64,000 nt of DNA from Cirrosporium novae-zelandiae (taxonomy: Eukaryota), in contig JAPETS010000063.1 of assembly GCA_026023565.1 (NCBI GenBank), positions 1-64,000 on the forward strand. Direction: 5' to 3'. Under the pieces are notes generated by a model. That model saw only the letters and a list, made by a program, of their open reading frames with translations, was not told where the DNA came from and did no database searches. Positions 50,954 through 63,725 of this stretch are shown here, piece by piece (positions within the stretch are counted from its first letter, which is position 1; every line of letters begins with the position of its first letter). The position numbers were made by a program, and so were the translations under genes.

Positions 50954-52931
50954 ATGGTATTCCAACCAGATGCATATTATGACATCCCTTTCGTGGATTT
51001 ATTGTCATGGACACTTGATAATCTTACCTATGATGAGGACAAGGACGTGAGCTATTTTCCCCTTGACCTTCCACCGTGTTGCTGAAGCATTGGCCTGACA
51101 TGTTGCTCCTTTGATTTCTAGATATTCATTGACGCCGCTGATGACACTCGCCGGCTCACAGCACGACAGGCCCGGACCCTAGTGCGAAAGCTTGTGGGTG
51201 GCTTAAAAGAAATTGGTGTTAAACCTGGTGACTGTATCTGCTTGCATTCATTCAACGATGTAAGTCTGTCAGAATGATATATCAATTGCTAGCTCTGATA
51301 ATTTACAGATTCTCTATTCTCCAATATATCTCGGTATAATAGGGGCAGGAGGACGCTTTGTTGGGTCTAATCCGGGCTATACATATCTCGAGTTGCATCA
51401 CCTTCTCTCCACTTCTAAAACTAGATTTATAATCGTGGAACCCGAATTACTTGAGAAGATCCTTCCTGCGGCACACGATTTCGGTATCCCTGATTCGAAC
51501 ATATTGATATTTAATCCCCGTCGCGCATCTATACCAGATGGCTTTGTTTCTTGGGAGACCTTACTTCAACATGGCGAGAGTGACTGGATAAGATTTGACG
51601 ACGAGCAAACGGCAAAGAATACAACGGCTGCTCTTCTATCTACAAGTGGGACAACAGGGTTACCAAAAGCTGCGGCAATTTCTCATTTTGCTCACGTTGC
51701 CCAAAGCAAGCTATTATATGATTCAAAAGATAAACCTTATCAGGTCTCACGACTTCTATGTCTTCCCCAGTTTCATGCATTTGCTGCCCCCTTGGTCCAC
51801 ATAGCACCTTTACGAGAAGGTCATACTACATATATCATGCGACGTTTTGATCTGGAGAAGTACATGGGCTGCATCAAACGATACCAGATCACAGAGACAG
51901 CTATGGTACCTCCAATAATGGCAAGCGTCTCTGAATCAGCTCTTGCAAAGACTGGATTGATTTCTTCACTTCGTTATATCTGGTGTGCTGGCGCACCCTT
52001 AAGTACTTCCATAAATCGACAAATGATGAATCTTCTCGATCCAAACGCTATAATCTCCCAGGTCTGGGGTATGACCGAAATTGGTTGGATTACCACATTC
52101 CTATTTCCCGAACGAGATGAGTCCAATAGTGTTGGAAGGCTATTGCCGAATATGGAGGCCAAGTGAGTGACCAAGAAATTGACCTGACTCGGAGTGCTCT
52201 ACTAACCTGGACTTTAGGCTCATTGACCGAAATGGCAAGGAGGTCACCAAAGAATGTTGCAGTGGTGAGATTTATGTCCGCGGTCCTTCGATCATGTCTT
52301 CGTACTTGGGGAATCCCGAAGCTACCTCGGCGTCGTTTGAAGATGGCTGGCTTAAAACAGGTGACATTGCATATTGCAAGTCCGGGAAGTGGTATATTAT
52401 AGACCGCGTCAAGGTTAGATTACCTATATTATCCTATACTATTGTAGTCCTACCTCTAACAGTATCTTTTTATAGGACCTCATCAAAGTCCGGGGCTGGC
52501 AGGTTTCCCCAGCAGAGCTAGAAAGTTGCCTCCTTATGCACCCTCGAATCATTGATGCCGCAGTTGTTGGTATTCAAAACTCCACCCACGACAGCGAACT
52601 GCCCCGAGCTTTCGTGGTCGTAGACCCCGACTCTCCATATCCAGTGAAAGAAAAGGAAATCAAATCCTTCGTGAGAGCACGCCTAGCTAAATACAAAGCC
52701 CTAGATGGTGGTGTTAGATTCGTCAAATCCATACCAAGGAACGCCAGTGGTAAAATACTAAGACCTATGCTAATAAACGGGACCATGATAGAATGGGAAG
52801 ACAAGTCAAATAGTCAAGGCCCTTCAAATCCGATTGCCAAGAAGAAGCTGAGGGTACGACTTAGTCGTCGGTTATTATCCTTTATGGGAAAGACGTCGAG
52901 GGCATTTAACTCGATGCGGGCGAAATATTAG
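50954..52931 (+). CDS. 4-coumarate-CoA-ligase-like acyl-CoA / acyl-AMP ligase (ANL superfamily), 4 introns
   Basis: Spliced start MVFQPDAYYDIPFVDLLSW; STSGTTGLPK (A3), QVWGMTE (A5), WLKTGD (A7), DRVKDLIKVRGWQV (A8), PRNASGKILR (A10). Confidence 0.93.
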
Positions 52932-53529
52932 TAGTGCTATGAAATTTCACCAATTAGGGAGCGAGGGATGGAGACATGGAGTGACAATTTAATTTCTTAA
53001 TGACTGCATGGAAAGGAGTTCGGGGGAGGCTAGGATTTCAAGGTATGTGAACATGTCCGGAATTGAACGAATGATGGTTATCCATTTGGAGTACACGAGG
53101 AATGATGATGATTTATTGCATGACAATGATACAAAAATATATAATGTCTGATGAATTTAACAAATATACCTCTATAACTTGATGGAGATCGTGACTATGA
53201 ATTTTGTCTTGAATTTATAATAAAGCAGGGGGTTACAGGAAGAGCTATAGAAAATCCCAAAGAATATTTAGGTAGGTAGATCTCCTGCACTCCACCTCTG
53301 TGCTGTCCAACAACCCCGGATGCTAAAGTAGAGGCTGAGGATAATTAATTAATTAATTAATTAAGGTCTGTGGTCAAAACTAATTAACTGAGGTTGCAAC
53401 GCGGATCACTCCCGCAGCATGGGTTCGTTCATTCTTGGTCCAGCACGGTCATTTCAACAACATGCAGACCTTAAATCCTTCAACATAATTTTATCTTTAC
53501 CAACTACCTATACTCACCCGTGTTGTTGA

Positions 53530-55743
53530 TGCCACAATTTCAACTTAGATATCCCTGCACCCCTCAAGAATGACGATAGGCGATTAGAGTTAATGCTCTT
53601 CTGCATCCCTGGTTGGGGGATTCAACTCAAATGTTCTACAGACTACAATAAGGAGCGTCTTGATCAAACTTCCTTGTGTGTTGCAGAGACTATTTAGCCT
53701 ACCGTTGGATTATCGTTGGTTTTTGCCAGCTGTCTTCTGGGATTTCATCAAGGATGACAGATGGGTATCTAGATACATTCTAGATGAACTACGTTCAAAA
53801 CTTCAAGCATGGGGGCAAACACCGTGTTCGGATCTAAATGTACAGATACTTGCAAAGCTGCAAGACCTATCATGGGACAATCTTTACGTGACAACATATA
53901 TTGATACAAATAATGTTCGGATATCCCTCTCCCGAAACTGATACATTACGATCCGTACTCTGCCCTCCAGTTGATGATGGCCACAAATTAGGACGAAGCG
54001 TACTTTGAGTATTTCTGTGGACAGCATGGCAACGTTCCATCATGCTTTACTTCTATTATATTATAGGAGTGCAACTTTACCAAGGGTTAACACCAACCTG
54101 GAACGTATTTCTAGCAATCCGAGGCATCCATAGATTAGAGTCGCTTTTATCTAAGGGCTATCGCTGTGAGAGTAGCGAATATCCGTGCAACTAGGGGTTT
54201 CAACTCCATTATACAAGTATCTTTGGCCTCCGACTTTCACGCCATGTTAAGTAGGTTCACAAACCACTTCAATAAGCTTAATGGCCGTTGTATCAAGGGT
54301 TTCCCCCTGTCTTGTCCTGGGGATCGACTAGAATCATGTGAGAGATTCACTGGAGCAGAAACAAAGGCGCAGTCTACCCATGCCAGTTCATGCGACGGGA
54401 CCTGCGTTAGGATTCGATGGGATGAAAAGTCGTATATCCACATACAAAGTTCTAGAGCTATTCTCGCGAATATAGACCATATTACGCTTTAATATTGTCC
54501 CGCTTCATCTACAACCCTTAAAATCTCCCATGTCTGGAGCCACAGCCAAGGCGGACGACCGGAGGACGGAATAAGTAGCTGTTTACATAAGCGATACTGC
54601 CATCTAGCTAAACTTCTGCATTGCAATTCCTACTGGATAGGCTCGGCATGCATACCCAATGATAACAGGCTGCAGCAAGAAGCCATCGCGACAATCAACA
54701 GAGTATTCACGTACAACAGAGTGGCTTTAGTGTGCAATAATGATCTGCAGTCTGTAGATTTCACAGAACCAACGACCCAAAAACTAGAGATCCTCCTGTC
54801 CATTCCTCTAGTTTGTGATTGGAATATTCAAGTGTGAACTATGCTAGAGGCAATCCGAGGATACAGGACCATCCACCTCTTATGTGGAAACGATCATGCT
54901 ACCTCTCTATTTAGCATCCTTAATCAACTATACTACTATGGCTTCATAGACCTGGTCGTCCTCAGCTCAGCTCAACATCTCCTCCCCTCCCAGAACCCCC
55001 GCATCTCCCACACGATCGAAGAATCCGACCACATCCTCAGCAAATGACAAACGTCTTGTCTTTCTGACACTATCGTAATCTGGTGCCTTTTAAGCAACTG
55101 CCCTGGTTTCAGAAACCCACTGGGTCTCTGGAAATCCCATCATCAAGTCAAAACCGCATATCTCCTACCCAGCGCCCCACGCACTGAGTGCTCATCAGGG
55201 TACACCTAGGCCCCTCTCACGCCATATATACGCCAAATCTCACGACCAGTAGAGCATGATGACCTGATCATCCAGAAGTATACCTTATGCTACCCCGTAT
55301 ACGACGATGACGGCAGCTTCATCGCTCACATTACTTCCGATGGCTTGCTAGTAGGGAGATGGCTTTTCTGGAACGTGACGTCCCAAGGCATTTTCGACTA
55401 TCGCTATGATCCTTACTACTAAAAGGTATCTTAACAGTATTTGACATCCCTATTATTGATGAAACCCTTTCCTCAACTTCGGGTACAGAAATAGAAATCT
55501 ACGAACAACTTGATGCAATCTATCTCTGCGATCTTGTCACTGAGCTCCTCAAGTCTGGGGCCGACGTACGCCTGTTGAGGGCACTAGCTGAGGATGGAGA
55601 AAGTGTTTATATGAGTAGCAAACTTTATGAACAAATCGCTACGGTATGCACTTCCAGAGACGGTGGGATAAACGTGGGAATGGAAAGGGGGTATTTTCAA
55701 TTACTTGTGGAAAATCAACATCCTGTGTGTAGAAGATGGATGA
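53530..55743 (+). pseudogene. HET-domain (heterokaryon incompatibility-like) protein pseudogene
   Basis: From about 54523: ISHVWSHSQGGRPEDG..CLHKRY..SYWIGSACIP..QEAIATINRVF..VCNNDL..VCDWNIQV*TMLEAIRG, matching HET motifs SHVW / WID..CI / W..R.WT..E; several stops (e.g. TAA 54490-54492, TGA 54835-54837, TGA 55045-55047) and frameshifts; start approximate. Confidence 0.8.
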
Positions 55744-58700
55744 AATGACGATCGTGTGAGGGGTACATGTACAAGGAAAGAGAGACTAAGTTCTTGTGCC
55801 CAAGAGATTATAATTATAAGAGAGACAGTGTAGACGGTGAATATTGATTGATATAACTTGAGTAAATTGATATCTCCCTCCCTCTCAAGTGTAAAATAGT
55901 ACATGTACATGTACATCAACCTCGCGAAGAAAATGGCCTACCTCTACATCTCTCATCCATCTATCCATCGAATCAATAAAATAACTCCCTTGGAACATAA
56001 CCAACCAACCCCTCCAACACCTTATTAGTCCCAATCCAACCTAGAAGCAACAAAAAAGATTAATTACCACCTACAGTATTATCCAATCCTTGTTCTCATT
56101 ATTTTATATACTAATAACACCATCTTCTATCTTCCATCTTACCTAACTTAGTCGAAAAGATCTTCTAAGGTCTTAAGAACTTTGGCATGTTTCTAGCTCT
56201 CTCTCTCTCCCTCTAACTACTATAGCGCCCTTATACCCAGACCGACCAAATAATTCACATCAGCTATTATTACCTCTTACAGAACCCCCCCCCCCCCCCC
56301 CCAAAAAAAAAAAAGAGCTAGATAGTAAATACAAAAGATTTCGGAACCGAAGCGGAAATGTTCAAGCATCTAGAACTGTCTGTAGAGTATGCTTTGAAGG
56401 TTTGGTTAGGTATTTATTTATGGGTTGGATATGGGGTTGGAGATGGATTATTGTAATGGTAGAGAGAGCACTGTAGTGTTGAACTTTTATTTGTATATGT
56501 ACTTGTAACGTGGAACGTGGAATTATAATGTTATTGCGATTGCGATTGTGGTAGGTAGTTATTTATTTATTTATCTTTAGGTTCTTGATGTCTGGTAATT
56601 AATAAAACGGGGATCGTGATGAGTGATAAGTGTATAAATGAAGGAGTTGTCATGTTTGCATTTTGTTGGGTGTTTTGCTTTTCTGACTGAAGTGTTTATT
56701 TCTCCGGGATCACTTCGATATAATTATACAGTAGTGGGCAAGAACATATATACTTTTGCCGCCAATTAAAAAAAACAAAAGAAAGGAAATAAAAGAAATA
56801 CGAGCTTTTGATTAAAGGTAAAAACATATTTATAATATAAAAAAGAAAAGTGGTAATTATGGGTTTATTGCCTTATACTCATGGTTGGTTAGTTGGACTT
56901 TCATATCATTCATATTGTTCATTATTTAGCTACCAACACAAATACAAACACAAAGTAAGGAGTTATGAAATCTAAAGTTGTTCTACCACCATCACCACCA
57001 CCATCATCTACCACTACCATTATCACGACGTTGCTTTATCCTTTGTATATATATATATATATTCAATACAATACTTGTAGTTTTATAGATATAACATCCC
57101 ATTTCGTACGAATAAAATAAAAAAAAAAATCCATAGATTGATACCTTAATCCTCAATCCATATTCTTCATATGAGTATTTATTTATCGTTATTTAGATAC
57201 AGTATACAACTCTGTGGTACCGATCATTTATCTACCATCTCATTTCCCATTTCTCATTCCCTAGTCTATCAATTCCCTTTCTTTTCCCTCTTTTTTCTTC
57301 TCTTTCTAGATTAGATTAACCACACATAATCATGTGACCTTCCCTAACCAACCAACCAACCAACCGACTGACTTCCTAACTTGGCTTTCCTTAACATCCA
57401 ACCGCAATCTCAAAACCCTAAAACCCAAAAAGCCATCTCCAAGCTCCTCCAGCTTCCAAAACCCACGTGCCACACTTTAAGTTCCCACGCCCCCAGCCAC
57501 GCCAGCCTCCTAGCCACCTAGCCGCCTAGCTCAGTATTTATCCACATACTGTGGTAGCCATACCATATACTTGATTTCGTGCAGCATACATATCCTAGTA
57601 TGTTGGAACCTACTTCCTTCACCATGGGCATGGGCATGGGGGTGACTTACTCGAGTACTGGGATCCTTCTTCCTGGATACATAGTACAGTATGTGGAATT
57701 AGGAAATCTAGATACCTTTTCTCCCCCACAACCCCCATAGCTACAGTAAAGCATATATCCTCGTACTCGCTTCCCCCCCTTGTCATGTAGTTATGTACAT
57801 GTACATGTACTTAGTTTGTTGGTCCAACCGAGGTCCATGGACTACATTTCTTTTTTTTTTGTCTTATCAGAGGAGATAAGATAGAACTAACTAACCAACT
57901 AATTAAACTGCATAGTATGTATTGCAGTACTCGAGTATAGGTATAGTATGTCCTCCTCCTCCTCTCTGAGATGGGGGAATTCATATGGCTAAGCCAGGAA
58001 GTACTGCTGTAGTATTTTGAGCACCCAGATGGGATTATTATTTTATTTTATTTTTTTAGAGTGCGTAGGTAGGTATTTGTATATTCTCTCATACCATCCC
58101 TTGGAAGTAATAGTAACGGATAGACTTGTGACCTGCTATAACTTAGAACAAACAATGTGTGAAGGTCTTTGCTTGTGTTAAAATTACCCCTACCATACCT
58201 CATGAGGACCGACCATAGAAAAAAAAAAGAGGCAGCGTTTCTTTCGTAGGGTTATGAGTTTGATTAGAGGGATTGGTAGACAGAACAGACAGACAGACAG
58301 ACAGACACCAGACCAAGACAAGGCAAAACAAGGGGGGCATGGAGTTTATATGTTTTAAACTTTAATTAAACAGTGTGTATGCCTGTCCTCGAATGCATAC
58401 CATGCCTATACTCGAGTAGTCAAAAACCGAAGGATTCATACCAACCTGACCTGATCTGATGTCTATCTCCCCTCGCCCCCCCCTCCCAGGGATCATAAAC
58501 CACCATGGGACTCCCATAGGAATAAAATGTTTATTTGGAGAAATTGAAATTGAGAAATTGAAAAATTACAATACTTGCAGGCATTATCCCGGCCCGGTAA
58601 GAAACTTTAACTTTATACACAGCATCGCAGTACGGCATTAAGCGTGCACGTGCGGGAAGAAAGCTTTTGCTACATCCTGTACTATAGTGCTTCTAAGATC

Positions 58701-58857
58701 AGCTCAGGGTATGTAGGGGTAGGGAGATTAGATCTGCCAAGTCATGTAAATATCTGCAAGGATAACGGTGGTGGGTTCCGGGGGTGAGATTTTGGGGTAT
58801 TATTAACATGTATGTGTGATTGGGGTTTCACTCGCTCGAGTAAATCGAGCGCAATGG

Positions 58858-58910
58858 GATGTGAGATGTGAGATGTGAGATGTGAGATGTGAGATGTGAG
58901 ATGTGAGATG
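58858..58910 (+). repeat. (GATGTGA)n 7-bp tandem repeat, about 7.5 units
   Basis: Direct reading. Confidence 0.95.
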
Positions 58911-58972
58911 CAGGTGGAGGATGCTGCTGGATATGTATTATTGGGGGTGGGAAGGCATTTAAATGTTGGAGG

Positions 58973-59073
58973 GAATGGGATAGAATGGGATAGAATGGGA
59001 TAGAATGGGATAGAATGGGATAGAATGGGATAGAATGGGATAGAATGGGATAGAATGGGATAGAATGGGATAG
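58973..59073 (+). repeat. (GAATGGGATA)n 10-bp tandem repeat, about 10 units
   Basis: Direct reading. Confidence 0.95.
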
Positions 59074-59903
59074 GATGGATGTGTTCGTGGATTGTTAATG
59101 GTCGATAGGGAGGGTTGTTTTGATGGGATGGGATGGAACTTGTGGAATGGGAATGGGAGTGGGAGTGGGAGTGGGATATATGATATGAAGTACAGTAGTT
59201 GAATCTAGGGAGGGCTTTTGCGGCCTGGGCTAGGATCAATGTTCGAATTATTAGGCTAGTGATAGTGATTCTCAAACATATTTGGATGAAATATCCTGCA
59301 GGGAATGAGTAGTTGCCGTTGGGATGGGATGGGTGGGTTGTCCTCTTGTATATACATTGATCGCTGCTGACAATGGAATGATTAGCTCGTCGTAATTCAA
59401 GAGTATAATATTCGGGCAACGGCACCACCCGTCACGCGTTTCTGAACTTCCCGGTGTCCGAATGGTTCTGCTGGGGTTTTACTGGTATCGGAGTAAGAGC
59501 AAGGGATTGGATAGCATAACTGGAAACTTTTTTGGTTTTGATTATCAGGTACGATAGGTATGTATGAGTAGGTGTTTTATACAGATGAAGGACATATAGA
59601 GATTGCATAGTCCTATTTTGATACATTAAGCTCGCCTGTTTGGCGCAGTCGTCCGGCCAGTCCAGCAGCCGAGGATTGTACACAATGTACATTGTTTTCA
59701 CCAAACACCCTCCCTAGTCTTCCATTACGCCCGGTGCTGATACTTGGCTAGCCGCTTAAATAAGGGAATCAATAAAGAATGACCTAAAAACTCCAGGTCT
59801 CCGGCTGAGTTCCTCGCCATAACAAGACTAAGCAATAGAAATTATACACAAGAGATGGTACAAGTACAATAATACATCATGATCATGGTGACAGGGTAAG
59901 AAA

Positions 59904-60941
59904 TCACGCGCTCCTACTCTTTCTTTTAGACACAAAACTAAATTTTCTTGATAACCCCTTCAAGGCAGCGTGTGAAATACTACCCGCTCGACTTCGTGAC
60001 GAAGACTTAGTGGTATTTATTGATAATGCTGTGTTGTGCCTTTCAATGGGTGAAGCGAATGGATCAAAGTCAAGGTAGCTCGAAGGGGTCGCCACAGACA
60101 TCGTGGATCGAGCAGGGGAGTTGACATCACCATCCGCGAATGGTCTTGCATTATACTCATAGTAATATTCATCGACTGATGTATCAAGTGGGAGTTTGGG
60201 CTTCTTATTGCGGTTGGAGAAAAGACTACTCGACCGGGGCCCATAAGGGTGAGCACTTGTTGGAGGTTGTGAGATGCGGTGGGAGAAAACCTGAGATCTG
60301 CGGGAGTCTTCTCTTTGTTTGCCGAAGAGATATACTGAGGTGGTTGAAGCAGTGTGAAGAGCGGCCAAAGGATGAGGCTCATGGTGGCTTAGCCCGGAAA
60401 ATGTCGCTCGAGAGATGGTCCTTGGCCGTGGTCGTGAATGGTTTTGCATAGGAGTAGTAGCATTGAGAACATCAATCACCAAGGGCTTGCCGCTAAAAAC
60501 CACATGAACAGCCTTTGCTTCATCGGTGGTGCTGTTGTTGTCATCGTCCCCGCTGGCACTGTCCTCGTCTTCATCTATGCCATCGTCAATTGGGCTATAA
60601 GTCTCTCCTTCGGTGCTCGAGTCATCCTCTTCATCGGACATGTACAAGTTGTGATAACGAACGAGCATTCGACGTCGGCTCTCCTTCCTGCGGATTGCCC
60701 TGTCCTTGAGTTCACGAGACTCAAAGTTCTGCTTTCTCCGGGAGGCAGAACCAAGATTGCGAGATTTCAGTTCAACATCCATGGTACAAGTAGATCTCGG
60801 TCGAGTGGAGCCAGTCCCGTTATCGAGAGGAAAGGAAAGACTGCTGGAGTCAGGAGAATCGAAATTGAAAGGTTTAGAGAATGAAAGTTCGAATGTGCTC
60901 TTTCTTCTGCGATTTGGTTGAGGAGGAGCAAGAAAAGACAT
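59904..60941 (-). CDS. Hypothetical Ser/Arg-rich, largely disordered protein (about 345 aa)
   Basis: Long single-exon ORF; first ATG at 60941; acidic tract and conserved-looking AKAVHVVFSGKPLVIDV and FDPFA segments; no recognised domain. Confidence 0.75.
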   Translation of the reverse strand: MSFLAPPQPNRRRKSTFELSFSKPFNFDSPDSSSLSFPLDNGTGSTRPRSTCTMDVELKSRNLGSASRRKQNFESRELKDRAIRRKESRRRMLVRYHNLYMSDEEDDSSTEGETYSPIDDGIDEDEDSASGDDDNNSTTDEAKAVHVVFSGKPLVIDVLNATTPMQNHSRPRPRTISRATFSGLSHHEPHPLAALHTASTTSVYLFGKQREDSRRSQVFSHRISQPPTSAHPYGPRSSSLFSNRNKKPKLPLDTSVDEYYYEYNARPFADGDVNSPARSTMSVATPSSYLDFDPFASPIERHNTALSINTTKSSSRSRAGSISHAALKGLSRKFSFVSKRKSRSA

Positions 60942-62513
60942 TTCTGATGCCAAGATTCTAGGATTGGGGGTTTAGAATGGCGTTTCAGAAATAGATGCGT
61001 GGATTTGCCGTATATTGAATATCAGGCTGGACAAGGACAATGCGCCGTAAATACCAAGTCAGGAATAACTTAGTGTAGTGTTAATTTGGCAGCGATATTG
61101 ACCTAAAAGGGTGGACTGCTGGTTAAGTTGGTTGGGGGGGATGGGGGGGGGAACAAAAGTTCAAGATTGGGCGATGGTTGGTTTCAGATAAATACGAAGC
61201 ACCAAGAGTGTGAACTGGAATTAACTGATTCACAGCAACAACCGATGCTACTGCATTGGTTTAAGAGATGGTCGTTGCAGATATGCCGTTGCTGTAATAT
61301 GGAGAAAGATGGAAATAGAAAGATTCTGAAGGATGAGAGACAGTTTGCGACGAACTTGAGGTACATTTCATTTCATGGACAGGGAAAGTGTCGAGGGGGG
61401 GGGGCGCGTCTTATCTTTTTTAATCTTTGCAATAATTTTAGATCATCTGTTATAATCACAAAATCCCCACAAAGTATCATCAGACCGTTTATGGCATCTA
61501 ACTACTTTGGAGAGCGACATTGACATTTGCCATTTCAGTATCTTGCTGATCCTCGGTGGATATGAAAAAAGTGGTGCTGAACCATGCTGCGAAGTTGCTA
61601 TAGCACGGTCTCTGGTCTTTTTATTTTCCCGTTGGCCTTGGCTTGCGTTGTCGTCATCTCACACTTGGGATTGGCCCTTCACCGTCACCTTGAAAGGGAT
61701 CTGGATAGATAAACCTGGTATGAGCGTTGATTGGATCTACATGCTCACCAGCCAATCCCCTTAGTTGAGCATAGCACTCAACTTTGAATATATTTGACTT
61801 TCCTACCGTGTCTCTCTCAAAAAAAAGACCCTGGAAGAAACCAAGTGTGACTAGGTCTGACACGCTCCATTTGTGCCAATATCTCCACTCATTGAAACAC
61901 GCGGGAAAGACTATCTAAACTATGCTGCCTTGTTGCCAATATGTCAATCACCAGCTATCCAACTCCCTAACTCCCTAGGTGCGCCTCGGCAGTTATTGTA
62001 TCGTCCATGTAAAGAATGCGCAAGCACTTTAATTCTAATTTCTACCCCTATATATATTATGTACAGTACTCTATGCATGTCAATTCAGCAGTCTTCATTG
62101 GTAACCTTTTCGCATTATTATTATATTTGTGATATGGAGTACCCGATACTCCATCCCAGTCATCCCCCACCCGTCCAACAAACGTACGTCTATCCGTCCG
62201 TCATCAGAACGCTGTACCCGCCCGAGTCGTGATGTCCATCCCCCCATAAAAAATTACAACACTGGAAAGGTGACTGAGAATTTACATGCGTACGTTCCAT
62301 CGTCCAAGTCCCTGCCCTATTCATCTCATCGCATCGTATCTCTCCAAACCATCCCAATTCTATCAGGCCATCCGAGAAATTAGAGATTCTGTGCGATCGG
62401 TGTGGGCTGTAGACGAATTGACGACGTTATCTAATGCCCTAAAGCAAAGGGTTTTAGATGATGATTGATCCGTCTTGGCAGATCTCATTCGCCTCATCTT
62501 GTGCTTCGTCCGT

Positions 62514-63725
62514 TCATGCCTTTCGGGATCTAATTGATCCATTGGTTTTTGCTGATCCATTGACCTCGGCTGAACCATTGACGTAACCATTCGCCGAAGC
62601 AACAATTTCTGTCGCCTGCCCGAGAGTGGGGACCTCAGCCCTCTTGAACTCATGTACTGCCTCTCCGGTGTTGCGGCGTGGTCGTCCTTTGGTACTCTTC
62701 TTGTATGTCGCAACGTAGAAGGAGATGAAGAGAAGGAGGTAGGAGCTGATAATGCCAATCCCAGCAAATGCAGCGAATTCTTCTCCAGCACAGCTACCGT
62801 AGGATGGCATCCATGGGAAGTAAGTCGAAGTGAAGTATGTGTAGGAAGCGAAGTAAACGAAACCTGTCGTCTGTTAGATTGTAAAGAGATGAAAGGATGT
62901 AGAGCGCAGTTACCTAGGTCAATCACGAATTGTAGAATCTGAAGGCGGGTGATCCATTCTTTCCACCAAATGCGAATGCCACGGGAACTCTGGAAGTAGT
63001 ACCAGTACATGACAACATGAACCATAAGGTTAAGAGTAATCACTACCCATGATACCGCCGTGTTACCAATGAGTTGAGTCCAGCAGAGAAGGGCCGTTGC
63101 TCCATGATGGTAGGTGTGGAGGAATGCTGAGGGCAGTTAGTTAAATTTCACTGGAAATCAACCTCGAGTAGACTCACTCAATGGCTTCTTCTTCAAAACC
63201 AAAAAGATGGTATCAATGAACTCGATGTACTTGACCAGGTAGTTGAGCTACAAACAAGGAAAAGTTATTAGCGAGGATCCTAAAAAGCCAGATTTCACTA
63301 CTAACATAGTATAAAGTTATGAGCTCTCTAGTCCAGCCACCTCGGTGGCTACAAATGGAGAAGAAAAGTCCATGATTCCACACGGTAGAAAGTAGCTGTT
63401 CGGTGAACAGTGCCAATAATATGGAGCTGATGCTCGTCAAGATAAAATTATGAAGTATGAACAAGGCGTTCAGTCGCAATGGCGTACGGTTCTTCATCAA
63501 CTCGCGACCCCCAAATATGATAACATAATACGCCACGAGCATACATGCAGTCCCCTTGAAGGTTGATAAAAGAGTATCATCCCGAATGAACTGAAAATCT
63601 TGTGGTGAATAGCCCGTAATGGCCGAGTAGACTTGGTCAAATATGGGCCATAACTTGATGCCAAAGGGATGGTCAATGGTCGGGTATGGTATGGACTTCC
63701 AGATATCGGTCGGCATGGTTGCCAT
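62514..63725 (-). CDS. FEN1: Very-long-chain fatty acid elongase (GNS1/SUR4 family, ELO2/FEN1-like), 3 introns
   Basis: [19 protein letters not shown], spliced [26 protein letters not shown] (HxxHH), [20 protein letters not shown], basic C-terminus RSRKA. Confidence 0.88.

Noticed and set aside
58858..59073. CRISPR-like interpretation of the tandem arrays
   Set aside because: Eukaryotic DNA; contiguous repeats without spacers; no cas genes.
58742..59428. 228-aa minus-strand ORF
   Set aside because: Openness is explained by stop-free 6-, 7- and 10-bp tandem repeats; no coding signature.
8857..63725. Idea that the b5-ACAD, Aro8-like aminotransferase and elongase belong to the PKS cluster
   Set aside because: They are widely conserved primary-metabolism genes separated from the cluster by TAF/Rad5 genes or long spacers; no sequence evidence of linkage.
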